Shown: positions 29,547 through 40,426 of the stretch, piece after piece
Layout: every line of letters starts with the position of its first letter
Position numbering within the stretch: position 1 is the stretch's first letter
From: Aquificaceae bacterium
Lineage (GTDB): Bacteria; Aquificota; Aquificia; Aquificales; Aquificaceae
DNA length: 64,000 nucleotides
Assembly (NCBI GenBank): GCA_037925075.1
Contig: JAXSNR010000001.1
Location: 96,001-160,000, forward strand
Direction: 5' to 3'
The notes under the pieces: generated by a model
Told to the model about the DNA's origin: nothing
The model's input: the letters and a program-made list of their open reading frames with translations, nothing else
Databases searched by the model: none
Program-made: the position numbers and the translations under genes

Positions 29547-29552
29547 ACCAGC

Positions 29553-30737
29553 ATGCTTTTTATGATGCTCCTTTTCCTTATCATTTCCTCTTCTTCCAAC
29601 GCAGGGGAGGTTGAAGAGCTTGTAAGATACGCCCTTGAGAATTCACCGGTATTAAAAACCTACCAAAACATGAAAAGGTCAGTCCAACACAAGGAAAGGT
29701 ATCTAAAAAGCCTACCCAACCCATCAGTCTCCGCAGGACTTGTTAACCTTCCACTAAACAGACCCTATCCAAGCAAGTACGAACCTATGAGCAGTTTCTC
29801 CATCGGAGTGAGCCAGATGTACACCCTTCCCATAAAGAGAGAAAGAGAGGCTTTTGTGGCAAGGGCAGAAGTTGAACTTTTAAGCAGGCAGGAGGAAGTA
29901 GCAAAAAGGGAGCTTGTGAGAGATATAAAGCTCAAGTATCTTGAGTGGCTGTACGCAGGAAAGAAGGAAGACCTTTTAAAGAATATACTTTCTGAGATAA
30001 GACTTCTTGAGAAGCTTACCGGAGAAAACTATAAGCTTGGAAAGGCAAGCCTTTCTGACCTTTTTTCTCTGAGTGCAGAAGCCATAAGGGTTGAAAGGGA
30101 AATAAAAAGCCTTTTAGAGGAAGGAAAACTAAAAAAGCTTGAGCTTGAGAGCCTTGTAGGGAAAAGGGTAGAACTTAGGGGAGAAGAACCAAACCTTGAA
30201 GAGTTTAACCTCAAAGAGCTTAACGAAGAAAAAAGCCCTTACCTTATGGCAGTTTTGGGTGATATAGAAAGGCTAAAAGCTGAAGTAGAAAGGAGAAGGG
30301 TAGAATACCTCCCAGACTTTGAGCTGATGGCGGAATATATGATAAGACCTGGTCTGGATAACATGTTCAGCCTCAGGGCAAGCATGAGCCTACCCCTTAG
30401 AAGGTCTATGAGGGAAGATCTTATGGTCCTTGAAAAATTGGAAGAGCTAAGGGCAAAGGAGCAAGAACTTGAAAGGCTAAAGCTTCAGCTTAGAAGGGAG
30501 ATAAACTCCCTGAAGGTGGAAGAAGAGAGGATAAGGGCGGTGCAAAGGCTCACAGAAGAGCTTATGAGGGAAAAGGAAAGGGAGCTGAAAGCCCTTGAGG
30601 TTTCTTATTCTTTTGGAAAGGCGGGCCTTAGGGACATACTCAGACTACACAGAGAACTATGGGAGCTTAGGATGGGCCTTCTTGAGCTTGAGCTCTCTCT
30701 AAAGAGCCTTTACATAAGGGCGGAGGTTTACCGATGA
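29553..30737 (+). CDS. TolC/CusC-family outer membrane efflux protein
   Basis: Signal peptide, ALENSP, LPNP, YLPDF, long helical repeats; heads an RND operon. Confidence 0.85.
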   Translation: MLFMMLLFLIISSSSNAGEVEELVRYALENSPVLKTYQNMKRSVQHKERYLKSLPNPSVSAGLVNLPLNRPYPSKYEPMSSFSIGVSQMYTLPIKREREAFVARAEVELLSRQEEVAKRELVRDIKLKYLEWLYAGKKEDLLKNILSEIRLLEKLTGENYKLGKASLSDLFSLSAEAIRVEREIKSLLEEGKLKKLELESLVGKRVELRGEEPNLEEFNLKELNEEKSPYLMAVLGDIERLKAEVERRRVEYLPDFELMAEYMIRPGLDNMFSLRASMSLPLRRSMREDLMVLEKLEELRAKEQELERLKLQLRREINSLKVEEERIRAVQRLTEELMREKERELKALEVSYSFGKAGLRDILRLHRELWELRMGLLELELSLKSLYIRAEVYR

Positions 30738-32092
30738 GAAAGGTTATTCTCTTTGCCTTTTTAGTGGTTTTTCTCGGCGTAGCCCTTTTGACCTTTTACA
30801 TTACAAAAAACTCCAAAGAAACTAAACATGAGAACCACAAGGCTTTACTTACCCTACAAGGGGAAGGTATAAGGCTTAACTTGTATTCGGAAGATGGAAG
30901 TCTCAAGGTGGGCAAAAACCGCATATTTCTTGAACTTAGCCCAGAGGGAAGGCTTGAAGGCTTGTACTTTTACATGCCACCTATGCCGGGGATGGGTGAG
31001 ATGCGAGAGGATGCCCTTCTTGAAGAGAAGGGAAAAGGGAGGTATGAGGGGACTGTAAGCATAAGTATGGCGGGTTCATGGCAGTTAATAGCAAAGGTTG
31101 ATGGGAAGGTTCTCAAAAGGGACCTATCCATACCCTTGCATACACAACAGAAGACTGAGAAAAGGGAGGAAGGCATAAGCATAACACCCGATAAACTTCA
31201 GCTTATTGGCATACAGTCAGAGGAGGTAAAGAGCATAGAGCTTATGGAAAGCTTTAGCACCGTCGGGTATGCGTCCTATGACCTATCAAGGACATACGAG
31301 GTGACCATCCGGTCTGACGCATGGGTTCTGGACACCTTTGGGAGGTTTGAAGGAGAGCTTATAGGTGCGGGTACGCCCCTTATGAGAATTCTGAGCCCTG
31401 AGGTGGAGATAGCTCAGGCTGAGCTAAGGCTTTCAAAGGAGATGGGAAGAAAGGAGCTTGAAAAGCTTGTGCAAGAAAGACTTTCTTACATTAAGGCTGG
31501 TGAGGTCATAAGCTCTCCATATTCTGGTGTGATCGTGGAAAGGAAGGTCTCGCCCGGAGGGTTTATAAAGGCTGGAGACACCGCCTATCGTATAGCGGAC
31601 ATATCAAAGGTATGGGTGATTGCGGAAGTACCCCAAGAGTACGCGGTAAGCGTAAAGAAGGGCATGAAGGTTATGCTAAGCCCTGTGGGAAGCCATGAAA
31701 GTATGTACGGAAAGGTTGAGTACATCTTCCCTGAGGCGGACAGAGAGGCAAGAACCATAAGGGTAAGGATAGACCTTCCAAGGAAAGACCTAAAGATAAA
31801 CCAACTCTTTGAGGTTTACTTTGAAATGTCCCTTGGAAAGGTCTTGGCGGTGCCAGAGAGTGCGGTGGTGGATACGGGCAGGAGGCAGGTGGTCTTTGTG
31901 GAAAGGGAGCCCGGGCTCTACGAGCCAAGAAGAGTAAAACTGGGAAGAAGGGCTGAGGGCTATTATGAGGTGCTTGAAGGACTTAGAGAAGGGGAGAAGG
32001 TGGTGGTCAAGGGCACCTTTCTCTTAGATTCTGAGGCACAGCTTAGAGGTTTATATGGACAGGAGGTAAAGGCTCATGAGCACCATCACTAA
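30734..32092 (+). CDS. cusB: CusB-type adaptor with N-terminal YtkA/FixH-like Met-rich domain
   Basis: MPPMPGMGEM, SMAGSW, VPESAVVDTGRRQ, FLLDSEA, C-terminal HEHHH. Confidence 0.85.
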   Translation: MRKVILFAFLVVFLGVALLTFYITKNSKETKHENHKALLTLQGEGIRLNLYSEDGSLKVGKNRIFLELSPEGRLEGLYFYMPPMPGMGEMREDALLEEKGKGRYEGTVSISMAGSWQLIAKVDGKVLKRDLSIPLHTQQKTEKREEGISITPDKLQLIGIQSEEVKSIELMESFSTVGYASYDLSRTYEVTIRSDAWVLDTFGRFEGELIGAGTPLMRILSPEVEIAQAELRLSKEMGRKELEKLVQERLSYIKAGEVISSPYSGVIVERKVSPGGFIKAGDTAYRIADISKVWVIAEVPQEYAVSVKKGMKVMLSPVGSHESMYGKVEYIFPEADREARTIRVRIDLPRKDLKINQLFEVYFEMSLGKVLAVPESAVVDTGRRQVVFVEREPGLYEPRRVKLGRRAEGYYEVLEGLREGEKVVVKGTFLLDSEAQLRGLYGQEVKAHEHHH

Positions 32093-32093
32093 A

Positions 32094-32189
32094 CTACTTT
32101 TTACCCATAAACTTCCCATAAAGAAAAAGAAGGTACACAAGAAAAAGGGTGAAGAGAAAAAGCAAAAGGAAATACAGGAAAACATCCAT
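32094..32189 (-). CDS. putative 31-aa hydrophobic peptide
   Basis: MDVFLYFLLLFLFTLFLVYLLFLYGKFMGKK fills the cusB-DUF411 gap; TATAAT 7 nt upstream. Confidence 0.4.
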   Translation of the reverse strand: MDVFLYFLLLFLFTLFLVYLLFLYGKFMGKK

Positions 32190-32215
32190 AGGAAAAATTA
32201 TAAGGAGGTGCTTCC

Positions 32216-32590
32216 ATGAGAAAGTTTGTGCTTTTGGTTCTTCTTTCTGGCTTTTGTGCTTTTGCTTCTGAGATAACCGCTTATTACAGCCCAAGCTGTG
32301 CCTGTTGTAGCAGGTACTTTTCAAAGTTAGAAAAGGAGGGGTTCAAGGTCAAAAGGGTAGAGGTAAGCCCAGATAAACTTATGGAGATAAAGAGCCAGCT
32401 CTCTGTCCCTCCACAGCTCAGGTCCTGCCATACCATGGTTTATGAAAACAGGTTTATAGAGGGGCATGTGCTCCCAGAAGGTGTAAGGAAGGTATTAAAG
32501 GATAAAAGCCTAAGGGGTGTAGCCTCCACTCACGGCAAAGCCAGTGCCATGGGAGGCTATGAGAAACATTACGAAATTGTAAGGAGGTAG
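32216..32590 (+). CDS. DUF411/CopG-like periplasmic metal-binding protein
   Basis: Signal peptide, SPSCACC, RSCHT, IEGHV. Confidence 0.85.
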   Translation: MRKFVLLVLLSGFCAFASEITAYYSPSCACCSRYFSKLEKEGFKVKRVEVSPDKLMEIKSQLSVPPQLRSCHTMVYENRFIEGHVLPEGVRKVLKDKSLRGVASTHGKASAMGGYEKHYEIVRR

Positions 32591-32594
32591 AGCC

Positions 32595-33047
32595 ATGAGA
32601 AGATTCTTCTTGTCAGCCCTTCTTTTAGCCATGCCACTGCTTGCCCTTCCACAACCCAAAGAACCACCAAGGGGTGAGCGATGTGTAGTATGCGGTATGG
32701 ATGTAAGCATAGACCCAAGGCTTACAGCACAGGTGAAGCTAAAGGACGGCTTATACAAGTATGCGGAATCTCCAAAGCACATTCTCAGGTACTACCTTGA
32801 AAACAGAGAAAAGATTGCGGAGCTTTGGGTAAAAGACTACAAAAGCGGTAAGTGGATAGAGGGCACAAAAGCCTTTTACGTTCCCATAAAGGAAGGACCT
32901 ATGGGCTATGACCTTGTGCCCTTCAGAAGCAGGCTTGACGCTCAAGAGTTTGCCAAAAGTCCAAAGTCCGCAAAGAACAGGGTTTACCAGTTTAAAGAAA
33001 TAGACAAGGTCTTTATAGAACACCTTGAAATGGGACATGTTCATTAA
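32595..33047 (+). CDS. NosL-family copper chaperone
   Basis: Signal peptide, RCVVCGM, WVKDY, AFYV, GPMG. Confidence 0.8.
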   Translation: MRRFFLSALLLAMPLLALPQPKEPPRGERCVVCGMDVSIDPRLTAQVKLKDGLYKYAESPKHILRYYLENREKIAELWVKDYKSGKWIEGTKAFYVPIKEGPMGYDLVPFRSRLDAQEFAKSPKSAKNRVYQFKEIDKVFIEHLEMGHVH

Positions 33048-33063
33048 AGGGCTTGGAGTTTAA

Positions 33064-36000
33064 ATGAAAGGCTTTGTGGAGCTTCTGTTAAAATACAGGC
33101 TTATCACACTTATATTTATTGCTTTCCTGTTTCTTTATGGATTTCATAGCCTAAGGAAAACCCCCATAGACGCCCTTCCAGACCTTACGGATACGCAGGT
33201 AATCCTTTATTCTGAGTGGATGGGTCAGTCTCCTCAGGTGATTGAAAACCAGCTAACCTACCCCCTTAGCTCCACCATGTTGGGATTGCCAAAGGTTAAA
33301 GCTGTAAGGGGCTACTCGGTGCCTAACTACTCTCTGGTTTATGTGATCTTTGAAGATGGCACAGACCTTTACTGGGCTCGCTCAAGGGTGCTTGAAAAGC
33401 TCTCTTCCATAAGAAGCCAACTACCCTCTCAGGCAAGAGTAGAGCTCGGACCCGATGCGACAGGTCTTGGGTGGGTATATCAGTATGTACTCTACTCTGA
33501 AAAGAGAAGCCTTGAGGAGCTTTGGAGCCTTCAGAACTTTTACATAAGGTATGCACTTCTCTCCGTGCCAAACGTGGCGGAAGTGGCAAGTGTTGGTGGC
33601 TTTGAAAAAGAGTACAGGATAATTCTCAGACCTGAGCATCTTATACACTACGGGCTTTCTCTTGAGGATGTGGCAAAGGCCATTTCGGGTTCAAACCTTG
33701 AAAGGGGTGGCAAGTACTTGGAGCTAAACGGGAGGGAGTTTCTCATAAGGGCAAGGGGTTATGTGGAAGAAAAAGAAGACATAGAAAGGGCGGTCATAAA
33801 GGAGGTGAGGGGTATTCCCGTGAGGGTAGGGGATGTGGCAAAGGTGGTAGAAACTCCAGCTTTCAGAATGGGAACCGCAGATTACAAGGGCATGGGCAAC
33901 ACTGTAGGTGGCATAGTGGTAATGCGGTACGGTGCGGACGCATACAAAACCATACAGGAGGTCAAAAGGAAGCTGGAAGATGTAAAAAGAGGACTTCCAG
34001 AAGATGTAAAGATAATCCCAGTCTATGACAGGTCTGGGTTGATAGAGGATGCCATAAAACACCTTTGGAGGGTACTCCTTGAAGAATCGGTGGTGGTTGT
34101 GCTTGTTATAGGGCTTTTCCTTCTTAACCTTTTGCTAAGCTTTGCCATTGTTGTTTTCCTTGTGCTTTCTCTCCTTGGCACCTTTATCCTCATGAACCAT
34201 ATGGGCGTTAGCTCCAACATCATGTCTCTTGGTGGCATAGCTATAGCCATAGGGACTATGGTGGATGCGGGCATAGTGCTCGTGGAAGCCTTCTCAAGAA
34301 AGAGGGAGGAGGGTAAGGATTTAAAGACCGCCATAGTGGAATCCATCTCTGAGGTGGGAAAGCCCATATTCTTTGCCTTGCTTGTGGTGGCGGTTTCCTT
34401 TGTCCCCATGTTGGCATTGAAAGCCCAGGCTGGCAGGCTCTTCACACCTTTGGTTATAACCAAAACCTTAGCCATGTTGGTGGCTTCTCTTCTTACACTT
34501 GTCCTTTTCCCTACGTTTCTTTATTACCTTGGCAAAGGAAGGATCCTTCCCGAGGAGAAAAACCCCATCGTAAGGCTTTTAATAAGGCTCTACAGCCCCC
34601 TATTCCATCTTTCCATAAGGCTTAGGTATGCACTCTTGGTGCTTGCCCTCCTATCTATGCCCACTTCCTATCTCCTTTACAAAAACATAGGCAGGGAATT
34701 TATGCCGGACCTCAAAGAGGGTGCCCTTCTCTACATGCCCATAACCGCTCCCGGCATTTCCATACAGGAAGCCCAAAGGCTACTCATCCTCCAAGACAGG
34801 ATAATAGGTAGCTTTCCTGAGGTTGAAAGTGTTTTCGGAAAGGCGGGAAGGGCAAACACTCCCACAGACCCAGCCCCCCTCTCCATGATAGAAACCACCA
34901 TAGTGTTAAAGCCCCAAAGCCAATGGAGGGAGGGAATGACCTACGAAAGGCTTATATCAGAGCTTGATAAGGCTCTGCAGTTTCCGGGTGTGGTAAACAG
35001 CTGGACTATGCCCATAAAGGGCAGGATTGATATGATTACCACCGGTATAAGGACACCGCTGGGTATAAAGGTCTATGGCAAGGACCTTGAGGAGATTTCA
35101 AGGGTGCTTGAAGAAATGGAAGATGCCCTTAAGGGTCTGGAGGGTGTTATGAGCCTTTATGCGGAGAGGATAGGGGGTGCCACCTACTTGGAGATAATTC
35201 CCATAAGGGAAAGGTTAAGCCTTTACGGTATAAGGCTTGAGGAGCTAACTTCTACCATAGAAACCCTATTAGCCAACAGCCCAATCTCCCTTTATGTGTC
35301 AGGTAGAGAAAGATACAGCATCACCCTTGGAGTTCCCAGAGACTACAGAGAAGACCTTGAAAACCTCATGCTACCCTTGAGGGATAAGCTTGTTCCACTT
35401 AGGGCAGTGGCGGAAGTTAGAAGAGTAGAAGGTCCCATGGAGATAAAGTCAGAAAAGGGTATGCTTGTGGCTTACTTGTATATAACACCAAAGCCCGGCA
35501 TGGACCTTCTGAGGATAATACAGGAGGGGGAAAAGAGGATAAGGGAAAGGGTAAGCCTGCCTGCGGGATACTATTACGAATGGAGTGGGCAGTTTGAATA
35601 CTACAAGGAGGCTATGGAAGACCTTAAGATAATCGTACCTTTGGTGCTTTTGAGCATAGTGCTTTTGGTCTATCTCAGCCTTGGCAAGCTCTTTGAAACC
35701 CTTCTGGTTCTTTTTATCCTTCCCTCTTCCTTGCTTGGGGGCTTCCTTCTCATGTATCTCTTTGACTACAAGCTTTCCATAGCCTCAATAGCTGGTTTTC
35801 TTGCCCTTCTTGGCATTGCGGCGGAGATGGGTATAGTGATGGTGGTGTATATAATGAAAGCTCTTGAAGAAAGAAGAGAAAAGAGCTTTGAAGATGCCAT
35901 ATATGAGGGGGCGGTAAAAAGGATAAGGCCAAAGAGCATGACCATGCTTACAATAGTGGTTGGACTTGTGCCTGCGGTTTATTTACAGGGGGTAGGTGCT

Positions 36001-36102
36001 GAGGTGATCTCGCGTATAGCCCTTCCCATGCTTGGTGGTGTGGTTTCTTCCTTTTTAACAGCCCTTTTCTTAGTGCCTGCACTTTATACTTTTAAAAGAT
36101 GA
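33064..36102 (+). CDS. cusA: CusA/CzcA-family heavy-metal RND permease
   Basis: DALPDLTD, GPDATGLGW, NIMSLGGIAIAIGTMVD, TDPAPLSM, RIRPKSMT. Confidence 0.95.
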   Translation: MKGFVELLLKYRLITLIFIAFLFLYGFHSLRKTPIDALPDLTDTQVILYSEWMGQSPQVIENQLTYPLSSTMLGLPKVKAVRGYSVPNYSLVYVIFEDGTDLYWARSRVLEKLSSIRSQLPSQARVELGPDATGLGWVYQYVLYSEKRSLEELWSLQNFYIRYALLSVPNVAEVASVGGFEKEYRIILRPEHLIHYGLSLEDVAKAISGSNLERGGKYLELNGREFLIRARGYVEEKEDIERAVIKEVRGIPVRVGDVAKVVETPAFRMGTADYKGMGNTVGGIVVMRYGADAYKTIQEVKRKLEDVKRGLPEDVKIIPVYDRSGLIEDAIKHLWRVLLEESVVVVLVIGLFLLNLLLSFAIVVFLVLSLLGTFILMNHMGVSSNIMSLGGIAIAIGTMVDAGIVLVEAFSRKREEGKDLKTAIVESISEVGKPIFFALLVVAVSFVPMLALKAQAGRLFTPLVITKTLAMLVASLLTLVLFPTFLYYLGKGRILPEEKNPIVRLLIRLYSPLFHLSIRLRYALLVLALLSMPTSYLLYKNIGREFMPDLKEGALLYMPITAPGISIQEAQRLLILQDRIIGSFPEVESVFGKAGRANTPTDPAPLSMIETTIVLKPQSQWREGMTYERLISELDKALQFPGVVNSWTMPIKGRIDMITTGIRTPLGIKVYGKDLEEISRVLEEMEDALKGLEGVMSLYAERIGGATYLEIIPIRERLSLYGIRLEELTSTIETLLANSPISLYVSGRERYSITLGVPRDYREDLENLMLPLRDKLVPLRAVAEVRRVEGPMEIKSEKGMLVAYLYITPKPGMDLLRIIQEGEKRIRERVSLPAGYYYEWSGQFEYYKEAMEDLKIIVPLVLLSIVLLVYLSLGKLFETLLVLFILPSSLLGGFLLMYLFDYKLSIASIAGFLALLGIAAEMGIVMVVYIMKALEERREKSFEDAIYEGAVKRIRPKSMTMLTIVVGLVPAVYLQGVGAEVISRIALPMLGGVVSSFLTALFLVPALYTFKR

Positions 36103-36311
36103 AGGGCAAGGACTTTCTTGCGTTGACCGTGGGCTTTAATCTGCTGGGTGGTATAATAGCAGGTCTTATTGTGGGTTATGCCTTTGACAAGTGGCTAATG
36201 GATGGCGTCTTTGGCTTGAAAACCTTCCCCTTTGGAATGCTCTTTTTCTTCTTCGTGGGCATCATCTCTGGCTTTTGGAATGCCTACAAGGACCTGAAAA
36301 GAATTGACTGA
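36099..36311 (+). CDS. AtpZ/AtpI (ATPase gene 1) family membrane protein
   Basis: Two TM helices with G...GY..DKW....P.G....GIISGF pattern. Confidence 0.75.
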   Translation: MKGKDFLALTVGFNLLGGIIAGLIVGYAFDKWLMDGVFGLKTFPFGMLFFFFVGIISGFWNAYKDLKRID

Positions 36312-36684
36312 GGCTTTCCCTTATCTCTTTTGGAATGGAAACTATTTTCTTTTCCTTTAGGATACAGTGTCTTGTGTTGGCTTTGGCCTTAAGCTCTGTG
36401 TTTGTTTCTAACAGGTATTCAAAGGAAAAGGTAAAGCGGTCTAAATGGGATATATTTACATGGACTCTAAACTCTTCGTCATACACCAAGGGCTTTAGAA
36501 ACTCACAGCTTGCGGAAAGAAGAACCACTTCAAGACCCTTCTGCCTCAGGCTTGAGTAAGGAAATCCAAGAGAACGCAAAAGCTCACCACGAGCCTCTTC
36601 AAGATATTTAAAGTAGTTAGAATGGTGCACTATGCTCTGAGCGTCCGTCTCATAGAACTGAACCCGCCTGACGTAAGAAAACAC
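36262..36684 (-). CDS. acyl-CoA thioesterase, YbgC/4HBT family
   Basis: RVQFYETDAQSIVHHSNY..YLEEAR. Confidence 0.9.
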   Translation of the reverse strand: MFSYVRRVQFYETDAQSIVHHSNYFKYLEEARGELLRSLGFPYSSLRQKGLEVVLLSASCEFLKPLVYDEEFRVHVNISHLDRFTFSFEYLLETNTELKAKANTRHCILKEKKIVSIPKEIRESLSQFFSGPCRHSKSQR

Positions 36685-36693
36685 AGAACTATT

Positions 36694-37512
36694 TTATCCA
36701 AACCTTCCCGTTATGTAGTCTTCTGTAAGCTTTTTATCTGGTTTTGTAAAGATTTTTTCGGTGGGACCAAACTCCACAAGCTCGCCAAGGTACATAAAGG
36801 CGGTGTAATCTGAGATCCTCGCAGCCTGTTGCATATTATGGGTAACTATCACTATGGTAACCCTTTGCTTTAGATCAACTATTAGGTCCTCAATCTTTGC
36901 GGTGGATATGGGGTCAAGGGCAGAGGTAGGCTCGTCAAAAAGAAGCACCTCAGGCTCCACCGCTATAGCCCTTGCTATGCAAAGCCTTTGCTGTTGTCCC
37001 CCGGAAAGGGAGTAGGCGTTGGCATTAAGCCTGTCCTTTACCTCATCCCACAGGGCAGAACCCACAAGGGCTTTTTCTACCGCCTCGTCAATGAGCCTTT
37101 TGTTTTTTATACCCCTTATCTTAAGCCCGTAGGCTACATTTTCGTATATGCTCTTTGGGAAAGGGTTGGGCTTTTGGAAGACCATACCTATACGCATCCT
37201 GACTTTAAGTGGGTCCGTTTTGGAATCTACGAGGTTTATACCCTCCGGGTACATGATTATTTCGCCTTCATAACGAGCTCCCGGATAGAGGTCATGCATA
37301 CGGTTAAAAGCTCTCAGAAGCGTAGTCTTTCCACAGCCAGAAGGTCCAATTATGGCGGTCACTCTCTTTTCGTATATGGGAAAGTTTATGTTCTTGAGGG
37401 CATGAAAGCTACCGTAGTAGAAGTTAAAACCCTTTACTTCAAGCTTAACCTTGGAAGAGCCTAAGTCTTGCATTACCTTTCTCTCCTCTAACATTTTAGC
37501 AGGATTTACCAT
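36694..37512 (-). CDS. pstB: phosphate ABC transporter ATPase
   Basis: [42 protein letters not shown]. Confidence 0.97.
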   Translation of the reverse strand: MVNPAKMLEERKVMQDLGSSKVKLEVKGFNFYYGSFHALKNINFPIYEKRVTAIIGPSGCGKTTLLRAFNRMHDLYPGARYEGEIIMYPEGINLVDSKTDPLKVRMRIGMVFQKPNPFPKSIYENVAYGLKIRGIKNKRLIDEAVEKALVGSALWDEVKDRLNANAYSLSGGQQQRLCIARAIAVEPEVLLFDEPTSALDPISTAKIEDLIVDLKQRVTIVIVTHNMQQAARISDYTAFMYLGELVEFGPTEKIFTKPDKKLTEDYITGRFG

Positions 37513-38438
37513 TGATATTTCCTCCTTACCTTAAACCTCAAATAGAAGGCGACAGAGTTCATAAGCAGGGCTATCACAAGCAGGACAAAGCCAGCGGCGG
37601 CGGCGTTATAGTGGAATTCTTCCTGGGGCCTTGAAACCCAGTTAAACATCTGTATGGGAAGAACCGTAAAGGGGGATTTTAGCATGCCTACAAAGTCTTC
37701 CCAAGGTGCTGGTGGAAGAAAGGCTATAAAGGTCAAAGCACCCACGGTGATAAGGGGAGCGGTTTCTCCTATGGCTCTTGAGGCGGCTATTATAAGACCT
37801 GTAAGTATGCCACCAAGGGAGTAGGGTAGTATGTGATGGAAAAGGGTTTCCCACCTTGTGGCTCCGAGGGCATAGGCAGCTTCTCGGATGGAGCGGGGGA
37901 TTCTTCTTATGGCTTCTCTTGTAGAAACAACCACCACGGGTAGCATCAAAAGTCCAAGTGTAAGCCCCGCGGTAAGTACGCTTTCGCCAAACTCAAACCT
38001 GTAGACAAAGATTCCAAGAGCCAGCAAGCCATACACTATGGATGGAACCGCGGCAAGGTTTGATATGTTTGCTTCTATTATCCTTGCTATCCTTCCCTTG
38101 CCTCCGTATTCTTCAAGGTATATGCCCGCAGGGATTCCAAGCACCACAGCCCAAAATATGGCTCCAAGCATAACATAAACAGTTCCAACCCACGAAGACA
38201 GTATTCCAGCCTCTTCAGGAAATCTTGAAGGATAGGAGGTATAAAACTTTGGGTCCTTTATCCTATGCCAGCCATCTATAAGGAGGTCCAAGGCTATGGC
38301 AAACAGGAAAAGGAGGATAAACAGGGTCGCCACTATACCCAAGACTTCAAAGAGCTTATCTTTTCTTCTTACACTCTTCGTGTAGCCTTCTGCGTCAAAC
38401 TCTCTTAGTCTTACTTCTAACTCTTCTCTAACTTCCAT
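37506..38438 (-). CDS. pstA: phosphate ABC transporter permease
   Basis: [30 protein letters not shown]. Confidence 0.95.
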   Translation of the reverse strand: MEVREELEVRLREFDAEGYTKSVRRKDKLFEVLGIVATLFILLFLFAIALDLLIDGWHRIKDPKFYTSYPSRFPEEAGILSSWVGTVYVMLGAIFWAVVLGIPAGIYLEEYGGKGRIARIIEANISNLAAVPSIVYGLLALGIFVYRFEFGESVLTAGLTLGLLMLPVVVVSTREAIRRIPRSIREAAYALGATRWETLFHHILPYSLGGILTGLIIAASRAIGETAPLITVGALTFIAFLPPAPWEDFVGMLKSPFTVLPIQMFNWVSRPQEEFHYNAAAAGFVLLVIALLMNSVAFYLRFKVRRKYQW

Positions 38439-38439
38439 G

Positions 38440-39363
38440 TTAGTAGCCTACCGCTTTGGATTTTAGATAAACCGCTATGGAATTCAGCACGAGGGTGATA
38501 ACAAAGAGCATAAAGCCTGCGGCAAATATGGACAGATACTCAAAGGAGCCAAAGGGCAAGTCCCCAAGGGCTACCTGAACTATGTATCCCGTCACGGTCT
38601 GTATAGGTTCCAATGGGTTGGCGGTTATCTGAGGGTACATACCCGCAGCCACAGCCACCACCATAGTTTCTCCTATCGCCCTTGAAAAACCAAGAAGGTA
38701 TGCGGAAAGCACACCAGACTTTGCAGCAGGAAGAACTACAAAAAGAGCGGTTCTAAGCTTTGAAGCTCCCAAAGAATAGGATGCCTCCCTTAGGTACTGG
38801 GGAACTCCCTTAAAGGCGTCCTCTATCATGGAGGCGGTAAAGGGTAGTATCATTATACCTATGACTATGCCCGGAGAAAGGGCATTCATACCTTCCATGT
38901 ATATACCAAAGGGTGAAAAGAATTTTTGAAGGATGGGAGTAATAAAAAGAAGAGCAAAGTAGCCATAAACCACCGTAGGCACAGCCTCAAGAAAATCAAG
39001 CCAAGGTTTTACCGTTTCTCTGACCTTCCAACTGGCATACTCGCTAAGGTAAATAGCTATGATTATCCCAAGGGGTATAGAAACCAACATGGATATGAAG
39101 GCTATCATAAGGGTGCCATTTAATAGGGGCCATATGCCTATCTGCTTGTCATAAAAGGTAGGGGTCCATTGGGTTTCCGTGAAGAACCTTATGAGAGATG
39201 TGGGAAAGCCACCCCCATCGGGGTGGGTGAAGAATCTTATGGTATCTATAAGCAAAACCCATACTATGGCAAAGGTGACAAAGATGGACACAGCCCCCAT
39301 TAGCATTAGGAATACATAAAGGGCTGTGTCTATAAACTTTTTAACACCAAGAGAGAGGGTCAT
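38440..39363 (-). CDS. pstC: phosphate ABC transporter permease
   Basis: VPTVVYGYF, REASYSLGA, RAIGETMVV. Confidence 0.95.
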   Translation of the reverse strand: MTLSLGVKKFIDTALYVFLMLMGAVSIFVTFAIVWVLLIDTIRFFTHPDGGGFPTSLIRFFTETQWTPTFYDKQIGIWPLLNGTLMIAFISMLVSIPLGIIIAIYLSEYASWKVRETVKPWLDFLEAVPTVVYGYFALLFITPILQKFFSPFGIYMEGMNALSPGIVIGIMILPFTASMIEDAFKGVPQYLREASYSLGASKLRTALFVVLPAAKSGVLSAYLLGFSRAIGETMVVAVAAGMYPQITANPLEPIQTVTGYIVQVALGDLPFGSFEYLSIFAAGFMLFVITLVLNSIAVYLKSKAVGY

Positions 39364-40364
39364 TGCTTGGCTTCCCTCTTAAGGAGTTCTTCTATGGTGA
39401 GACCAACTTCTGGCTCACCACCAAAAACTGTACCGAGCACTCTTTTCTTGAACCTCTCTTCTGTAAGCTTGTAGGCCTTGTCTGGCAGAGCTATGTAGCC
39501 CACCTGTTTGGCTATCTTGCCTGCGTTTTTGAGATAAAACTCTACAAACTCCTTAAGCTCAGGCCTTTCTTCCAACCTTTTGGCGTTTACGTATATGAAA
39601 AGTGGTCTAGAAAGAGGCTGATATGTGCCGTTCTGTACAGTTTGGTAAGAAGGTGCCACGCACTGGCCGGTCTTAGGGTTCTTTATCTGCACAGCCTTTA
39701 TCTTGCCTTTGTTCTCTTCCACGTATGCAAGTCCAAAGTAGCAAAGGGCTCCCTTTTCCCTTTGGGCAAACTGTACAAGCACGTTATCGTCTTCAGAGGC
39801 AAGGTAGTCTCCCCTGGAAGCTTTTGACTTTCCTGTTACTGCCTCTGTAAAGTAGTCAAAGGTTCCAGAGTCAGAACCGGGACCGCAAAGCTTTATCTCT
39901 ACCTTGGGCCAGTTAGGATCAAGGTCAGACCACATAAACTTCTTGCCTTGAGATTCTGGCTTCCAGATCTCTCTAAGCTGTTCTACGGTCATGCAGGTGG
40001 CCCAGTTGTTTCTGGGATTTACCACAACGGAAAGTCCGTCATAAGCGACAGGAAGCTCAATGTACTGGATACCGTTTTTCCTGCACTCCTCCATCTCCTT
40101 TGCCAGTATGGGCCTTGAAGCGTCGGATATGTCGGTTTCGCCCCTGCAGAACTTCTTAAAGCCACCACCAGTTCCGGAGATACCCACCGTGACCTTTACC
40201 GCACTCTTTTTTGCCTTTTGGAACTCCTCCGCCACACCCTCTGTGATTGGGTAAACGGTGGAAGAGCCGTCAATCTTGATTACCTGCTGTGCCTTTGCAG
40301 GCACGGACATGAGAGTCAAAGCTCCCACAGAAAGGACCGCGGTCTTGAGCATCCTTTTTCTCAT
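39360..40364 (-). CDS. pstS: phosphate-binding protein PstS (SphX-like)
   Basis: [37 protein letters not shown]. Confidence 0.95.
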   Translation of the reverse strand: MRKRMLKTAVLSVGALTLMSVPAKAQQVIKIDGSSTVYPITEGVAEEFQKAKKSAVKVTVGISGTGGGFKKFCRGETDISDASRPILAKEMEECRKNGIQYIELPVAYDGLSVVVNPRNNWATCMTVEQLREIWKPESQGKKFMWSDLDPNWPKVEIKLCGPGSDSGTFDYFTEAVTGKSKASRGDYLASEDDNVLVQFAQREKGALCYFGLAYVEENKGKIKAVQIKNPKTGQCVAPSYQTVQNGTYQPLSRPLFIYVNAKRLEERPELKEFVEFYLKNAGKIAKQVGYIALPDKAYKLTEERFKKRVLGTVFGGEPEVGLTIEELLKREAKQ

Positions 40365-40393
40365 TATAGCACCTCCTTAAGGATTTTGTTATA

Positions 40394-40426
40394 AGTTTAC
40401 AGGTCAATTGTTAAGATTTCGTTAAG
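40394..40426 (-). promoter_or_regulatory. Pho-box-type promoter of pstSCAB
   Basis: CTTAAC-gaaat-CTTAAC, 10 bp, TAAACT. Confidence 0.8.
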
